Assembly: GCA_039803205.1 (NCBI GenBank)
Contig: JBDRYB010000006.1
Location: 1 to 64,000, forward strand
DNA: 64,000 nucleotides
Reading direction: 5' to 3'
From: a candidate division WOR-3 bacterium
GTDB lineage: Bacteria; Hydrothermota; Hydrothermia; JBDRYB01
Shown: positions 59,678-64,000 of the stretch, piece after piece
How the letters are laid out: each line of letters opens with the position of its first letter
How positions within the stretch are numbered: the stretch's first letter is position 1
Made by a program: the position numbers and the translations under genes
Notes under the pieces: generated by a model
The model's database searches: none
The model's input: the letters and a program-made list of their open reading frames with translations, nothing else
What the model was told of the DNA's origin: nothing

Positions 59678-59723
59678 CCTTATATTGTAAGGCCTGGCTT
59701 TGCGCGTGGACAAACAGCGCGGA

Positions 59724-60809
59724 TCATAATCCGTAGAGAAAGGCCAAGGCCAGCACGAGGTCTGAGTCCCTGCCTGTCATGAAATACGGCCCGTTATAGA
59801 GCAAGTCCTCGCTCACGGTAGCGTCAAGCCTCCCCGGGCCAAATGCTATGCCCATGCCAAAACTGCCGACGAATCCGGACGAACCCACGAAGACATACGG
59901 GTTATTCGGATCGATCATCCTCTCTTCTCTGTAGATAAAGAGAAACTTGGACATATTTGAGCGCATTATGAACCAAGGGCCCAGCCTCATCTCAGAACCA
60001 AAACCCGCAAGGAGCCTTGCCTCATCAATTCTCTCCTCGCCGTTCCCGCGCCTCCTGTAGGCGTCAAGCGTTAGGCCTCCTGCCACGAAGGCCATATCCA
60101 AAGGATTCCCGTTTACCCCAAAAAACAGGCTACCGCCGGTCATCAGATCGGGCATCGCGGAATCCCCTATCTTCTTGCCGCTATTGTTCCTGTAGATTTT
60201 TGAACCCGCTATTATCTTCAGGCCCCCAGAGCTCGCGTATCTCAATCCAAAATGGATGTTGGAGAGCTCGGATAAGGGCTGAAGAACGCTGTCCGGGCCC
60301 GAGGAATTATCCGAGTAGGAGCTGAGGCTGATGTTGGCGAAAGCGCTAATGTGTCCTCGGCCAAGAGGCAGGATGAGCCCTGGGGAGAAGGAATATCTGT
60401 TTCCCTCTATGGTGTAGGAGGTATCCCCCTCCCTGTGAAACGCGTAACCGAGCCTCAGCCCCCAACCGAATCCCTTCCCTGAGCCAACGGCCAGTGTCAA
60501 ACCGTAGGCATTCCTCTCGTCCGTTATCGTCGGGAAGGTGTAAACCGGGTTGTTCAGATAGAAACCGAGGGAACCGGGGCCCTTCTCAACCAAGATGCCG
60601 CCGTATGCCTTTCCGAAAGCAAGGTCTTGCTGTGTTTTCATCTCGGTCACCGATAGGTCCGCGAAACGGGTGATATAGGCAGGGTTATCCTGGATAACGA
60701 GCGCCTCGTCGTCCAAGATGAACTGATAAAGGTTTCCCATGCCAGCGACCCTCGTCTCCGTTGCCAGAGCCAACCCAACGAGAACCAAGGGGGTAAGTAT
60801 GCTTCGCAT
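59724..60809 (-). CDS. hypothetical outer-membrane beta-barrel protein
   Basis: Classical signal MRSILTPLVLVGLALA, TRV-GMG...NPA, alternating beta-strands; AAGGAG ribosome-binding site. Confidence 0.6.
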   Translation of the reverse strand: MRSILTPLVLVGLALATETRVAGMGNLYQFILDDEALVIQDNPAYITRFADLSVTEMKTQQDLAFGKAYGGILVEKGPGSLGFYLNNPVYTFPTITDERNAYGLTLAVGSGKGFGWGLRLGYAFHREGDTSYTIEGNRYSFSPGLILPLGRGHISAFANISLSSYSDNSSGPDSVLQPLSELSNIHFGLRYASSGGLKIIAGSKIYRNNSGKKIGDSAMPDLMTGGSLFFGVNGNPLDMAFVAGGLTLDAYRRRGNGEERIDEARLLAGFGSEMRLGPWFIMRSNMSKFLFIYREERMIDPNNPYVFVGSSGFVGSFGMGIAFGPGRLDATVSEDLLYNGPYFMTGRDSDLVLALAFLYGL

Positions 60810-60936
60810 CGCTGTGCTCCTTTTGTTTGCGGTGGATATTATAACCCGGGCCCGCTCCCGGAAAAAAGCCGTTGGGGAACGCGGCCCTTGACAATCCACC
60901 CAAAAAATGTTATATATAACCAAGAGTGGAGGTTAT

Positions 60937-61317
60937 ATGAGGATAAGGGAATTTAAAACTGCTGTTGAAAACTTTAGGGTAGGCGTTCCCGGCCTTGTTG
61001 GCCTCTTCATATTTGATCGGCATAGGAGCCTTCTTCTTTACGGAGGAAGCGACGATATCGCATCATCCCTCGGTGAAATTTCCTTCTGCTACGCGAGGCT
61101 GGCCCGGAGCCTGGAAAAAGCCAATGCTTGCCGGAAGGATATGGGCGCCATAAAGAGGATTGACATCGTTGCCAAGAGGATGACCGTCTCCGCGAGCCTG
61201 ATCTCGGACGAGCACATAGTGATCGGGGAATGCGTTGGCCAGAAGGGGCTTGGAGTATTGGTCCATGGGATTCCCTTTCTCGGAAAGATCATGAGGAGGT
61301 TCAAAGATGAACGATGA
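60937..61317 (+). CDS. Roadblock/LC7-like protein
   Basis: helix-VPG-strand-strand-helix-three strands-LG-helix pattern; GGAGG ribosome-binding site; TTGACA promoter at 60888. Confidence 0.5.
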   Translation: MRIREFKTAVENFRVGVPGLVGLFIFDRHRSLLLYGGSDDIASSLGEISFCYARLARSLEKANACRKDMGAIKRIDIVAKRMTVSASLISDEHIVIGECVGQKGLGVLVHGIPFLGKIMRRFKDER

Positions 61318-61735
61318 TCCCGAACTGACCATGAGTAATACGGCCGCGATTCAAAGGCTCCTGACGGATATGGCCAAGGAATCCCCGAGGTGCGTTCTTC
61401 TTTGTATTTATAGGGAAGGAAAAGAAACCCCATCTTCTTACATTACCACCGGTATACTCTCCGATCCGGTTCCATTCTCCTCGTTTATATGCAAGATTCT
61501 CAGTGCGGCTGAGGAGGTTATATCCGCGAGGCTCGGCAAAGCCGAACAAATAAAGCACCTAATGGTGGAAACCGAAAGGTTCACGATGATCTCGAGGAGG
61601 CTCTGGAAAAGCTACTATGTCCTCTTGGTGCTCAGGTCTCCGGTTGAGTGCCTCGGCATGCCCATAGAGTTGCTGGACAGGTGGGAAGGAACCCTGAGGG
61701 AGAATCTGGCAAATATAGCTGGAGGTCTAGACTAA
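61307..61735 (+). CDS. Roadblock/LC7-like protein
   Basis: Same pattern: I--LMVETE...YYVLLVL...LG-helix; overlaps the previous gene. Confidence 0.5.
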   Translation: MNDDPELTMSNTAAIQRLLTDMAKESPRCVLLCIYREGKETPSSYITTGILSDPVPFSSFICKILSAAEEVISARLGKAEQIKHLMVETERFTMISRRLWKSYYVLLVLRSPVECLGMPIELLDRWEGTLRENLANIAGGLD

Positions 61736-61782
61736 GAGGGGCCGGAGCCCTTCGGGTTAGCTTTATAATTTATGCCTGTGAG

Positions 61783-62967
61783 ATGAGATTCGTTCATGTA
61801 GCGGATACCCATATTGGCGCTGGGGGCTCCAAGGAAAGGGCTGATGATTTCAGATCCGCGTTCCGCGAGATAATAGACAGAACCCTTGAGCTCTCAGCGA
61901 GGGCTTTTGTTCATGCGGGAGACCTCTTTGAAGGCTCCAAGCCATCCGTAAAGGACATAGTATTCGTTGCCAGTGAAATAAAGCGCCTGATCAACGAGGG
62001 TATAGAGGTCCTCCTACTGCACGGCAATCACGACAGGATAACCATAAAAGGAGAGGTGCCACCCCAGAGCATCCTTGAGCTTTTCGGCGCAAAGGTTTTT
62101 GGTTTCACAAGTGAAAGAAGATGCTATACGGTTGATGGGGTTGAGTTTTGGGGGATCCCATATATGGACCATAGTAATAGGTTCATTGAGTTCCTCTCTG
62201 AGATAGGGAGCCAAGCAAAAAGCCCAGCCGTCTTGGTTCTTCACCAGTTTTTCTGTCCCCCGACTTCCTTTGGTAATCCAATCTTATATGCGGATGACAT
62301 ACCGGAGGTCTTCTCATATGTCGCTCTTGGCCACTGGCACCTACCTTGGAAAAGGGAAGGTTTTCGCTATGCCTATCCTGGTGCACCAGAACCAACAGAG
62401 CTTTCAAGCGATCAGGCAATTGAAAAGAGAGGCTTTTGGCTCGTTGATATTACCGAACAGGGGGTAAAACTGGAGTTTCAACCCCTCTCGTGCACGAGGC
62501 CTTTTTTCTATCTTGAGTCCAATTCCAATAAAGATAAGCTAAAAGAACATCTTGTGAACCTCAGGGATAAGATCAAATCCTCTGCCAAAAGGCCCATGCT
62601 CAAGATCAAGCTGACTGTGGGGCCTGATACGAATGCCGATCAGCTTATAGAAGATGCGATATACGAATCGGGGTTAAATCTGGACGACATCATCCTGCTG
62701 AGCCCTAATATTGATAGAGCAATACCATCCCCGTTTGCGGATGAAATCAGCGAGGAATACAAGGCGGAAGACATCATCACGAAGTTTTTTGGAGATGACC
62801 CACAACAACTTGAGCTCGTTCTCGCTATGAGGGACGCCATAAGACAAACCGAGGCTGAGCGGGAATCGTCAGGAACACAGGCAACGAGGGATAGACAAGC
62901 CCTCATTGAAGCCGCAAAGGACGCCGCTCAGAGATTCCTCAAGGAGAAACAAAATGCGCCTTATTAG
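61783..62967 (+). CDS. sbcD: SbcD/Mre11 nuclease
   Basis: HVADTHIG, AGDLFE, GNHD, LHQ, YVALGHWH, YPG. Confidence 0.9.
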   Translation: MRFVHVADTHIGAGGSKERADDFRSAFREIIDRTLELSARAFVHAGDLFEGSKPSVKDIVFVASEIKRLINEGIEVLLLHGNHDRITIKGEVPPQSILELFGAKVFGFTSERRCYTVDGVEFWGIPYMDHSNRFIEFLSEIGSQAKSPAVLVLHQFFCPPTSFGNPILYADDIPEVFSYVALGHWHLPWKREGFRYAYPGAPEPTELSSDQAIEKRGFWLVDITEQGVKLEFQPLSCTRPFFYLESNSNKDKLKEHLVNLRDKIKSSAKRPMLKIKLTVGPDTNADQLIEDAIYESGLNLDDIILLSPNIDRAIPSPFADEISEEYKAEDIITKFFGDDPQQLELVLAMRDAIRQTEAERESSGTQATRDRQALIEAAKDAAQRFLKEKQNAPY

Positions 62968-64000
62968 CTTGCGCCTCAGAAACTTTCTGAGCCACGAGGA
63001 TACCTATGTTGAGTTTCCCGAGACAGGGATAACCCTCATCTCCGGCGAAAACGCAACGGGGAAGAGCTCCCTCTTTGATGCCTTCCGTTTCGCGCTCTTT
63101 AGTAGGAAGGCTTTCCCAAGGCCGAGAGACCTTATTTCAAAGGGAGCAAAGAGTTTCTCGGTTGAGGCTAAATTCAAACACAAGAACTCCACCTACACCA
63201 TTATAAGGGAGTATACGGTGGCAGGAGATACTCTGAGACCAACAAGGGCTGAGATCAGGGTTGACGGAAGGCTGGCCGCGGAAGGGGTTAACCCCGTTGA
63301 CTCTTTCATCATCCGTGAAATAGGCTTGAATCACGAGATGTTCAAGTATTCAGTAATGGCTGTTCAGAACGAGATAAGTGGGGTTCTGGGGCTTTCCTCC
63401 CAGGAAAGGAAGGCAGTTTTTGAGAGGATGTTCGGGTATCAGCATCTTATCCTCATTGCTGAGGCTGTCAGGTCTCTTGCGGAATCCGATAGGGATTTGA
63501 TTAATGGGCTCCTGGGTTCAAAAGGATACAAGAGCAAAGCGGGGCTTGAGCACGATATATCGCAGAAAAATGCCTCTCTCAGCGAGCAGAAAAGCGCTCT
63601 TTCCGCGCTGATCTTGGAGAAGGAGGCCCTCAAAACCGAAGAAAGAAGGCTGTCAGAAAAAGGGAGGGCCATAGAGGAAGAGGACAAGGCCCTAAAGGAA
63701 GCCGAGATAGAAAAAGCCGCTATTCTGAGCGAGATAAGGGTGAGGGAGGAGGAGATAACCAGCCTGGAGAGGTGGTGTCAGGAAAGCAGAAGAAAGATAT
63801 CCGAATTACCGGAGCTAAAGGAATCGCTTGCCCAATTGGAAGGCCCACTTGCCGAGCTTTCCGCGCTTAGAGAGGAGGAAGACTTGGTGGAGATATACGA
63901 GAAAAGGGGTTCCGAGGCCTCGGCGCTTGAGAAGAGGCTTGAGGAAATAAATGGATACGAGAAGGAACTCGCGAGGCTTTTCCCGATTCACGAGGAGTTT
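62954..64000 (+). CDS. sbcC: SbcC/Rad50 SMC-type ATPase (3'-truncated by window edge)
   Basis: Translated by hand: MRLISLRLRNFLSHEDT...GENATGKSSLFDAFRFALF, Q-loop VQNEI, then coiled coil. Confidence 0.9.
   Translation, partial: MRLISLRLRNFLSHEDTYVEFPETGITLISGENATGKSSLFDAFRFALFSRKAFPRPRDLISKGAKSFSVEAKFKHKNSTYTIIREYTVAGDTLRPTRAEIRVDGRLAAEGVNPVDSFIIREIGLNHEMFKYSVMAVQNEISGVLGLSSQERKAVFERMFGYQHLILIAEAVRSLAESDRDLINGLLGSKGYKSKAGLEHDISQKNASLSEQKSALSALILEKEALKTEERRLSEKGRAIEEEDKALKEAEIEKAAILSEIRVREEEITSLERWCQESRRKISELPELKESLAQLEGPLAELSALREEEDLVEIYEKRGSEASALEKRLEEINGYEKELARLFPIHEEF

Noticed and set aside
61648..61782. N-terminal extensions in the ORF track (sbcD, also mnmG, GT4, recJ, recN, PorV-like, OMP 60923)
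   Set aside because: The extensions run through promoters or upstream genes; family motifs and -10/RBS positions support later starts.

Overview
Gene-dense chromosomal window from a diderm (LPS-making) bacterium. An FCB-group lineage such as WOR-3 is my inference from the gene content, not a database result. It carries housekeeping genes (mnmG, tatA/B, waaA, groES-groEL, rsmA-fmt-coaD-rsmD, dnaN, smpB-amidase-murI, nadK-recN, prs-rplY-pth, recJ, sbcD-sbcC) and three tRNAs (fMet, Asp, Cys). It also has eight proteins with T9SS-type C-terminal sorting domains, PorV- and PorZ-like genes, a group of membrane glycosyltransferase-like genes and a small decayed IS region. I found no CRISPR array, prophage or intact transposase. 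The most interesting signals are: (1) a TPR + SARP-type (wHTH/BTAD) regulator next to two separately transcribed secreted beta-propeller genes, whose promoters share an identical GTGTTAG-N4-GTGTTAGC-N8-TATA motif, suggesting a SARP-like regulon outside Actinobacteria; (2) about 12 exported proteins with ultrashort signal peptides lacking a basic n-region; (3) many leaderless genes with 18-bp-spacer promoters; (4) an exact 65-bp tandem repeat carrying the 3' end of tRNA-Asp; (5) a CLC protein with the ClC-K-like GKVGP motif in place of the gating glutamate; (6) a tandem Roadblock/LC7-like pair with no adjacent GTPase. All product calls come from recognising motifs by eye; no searches were run.
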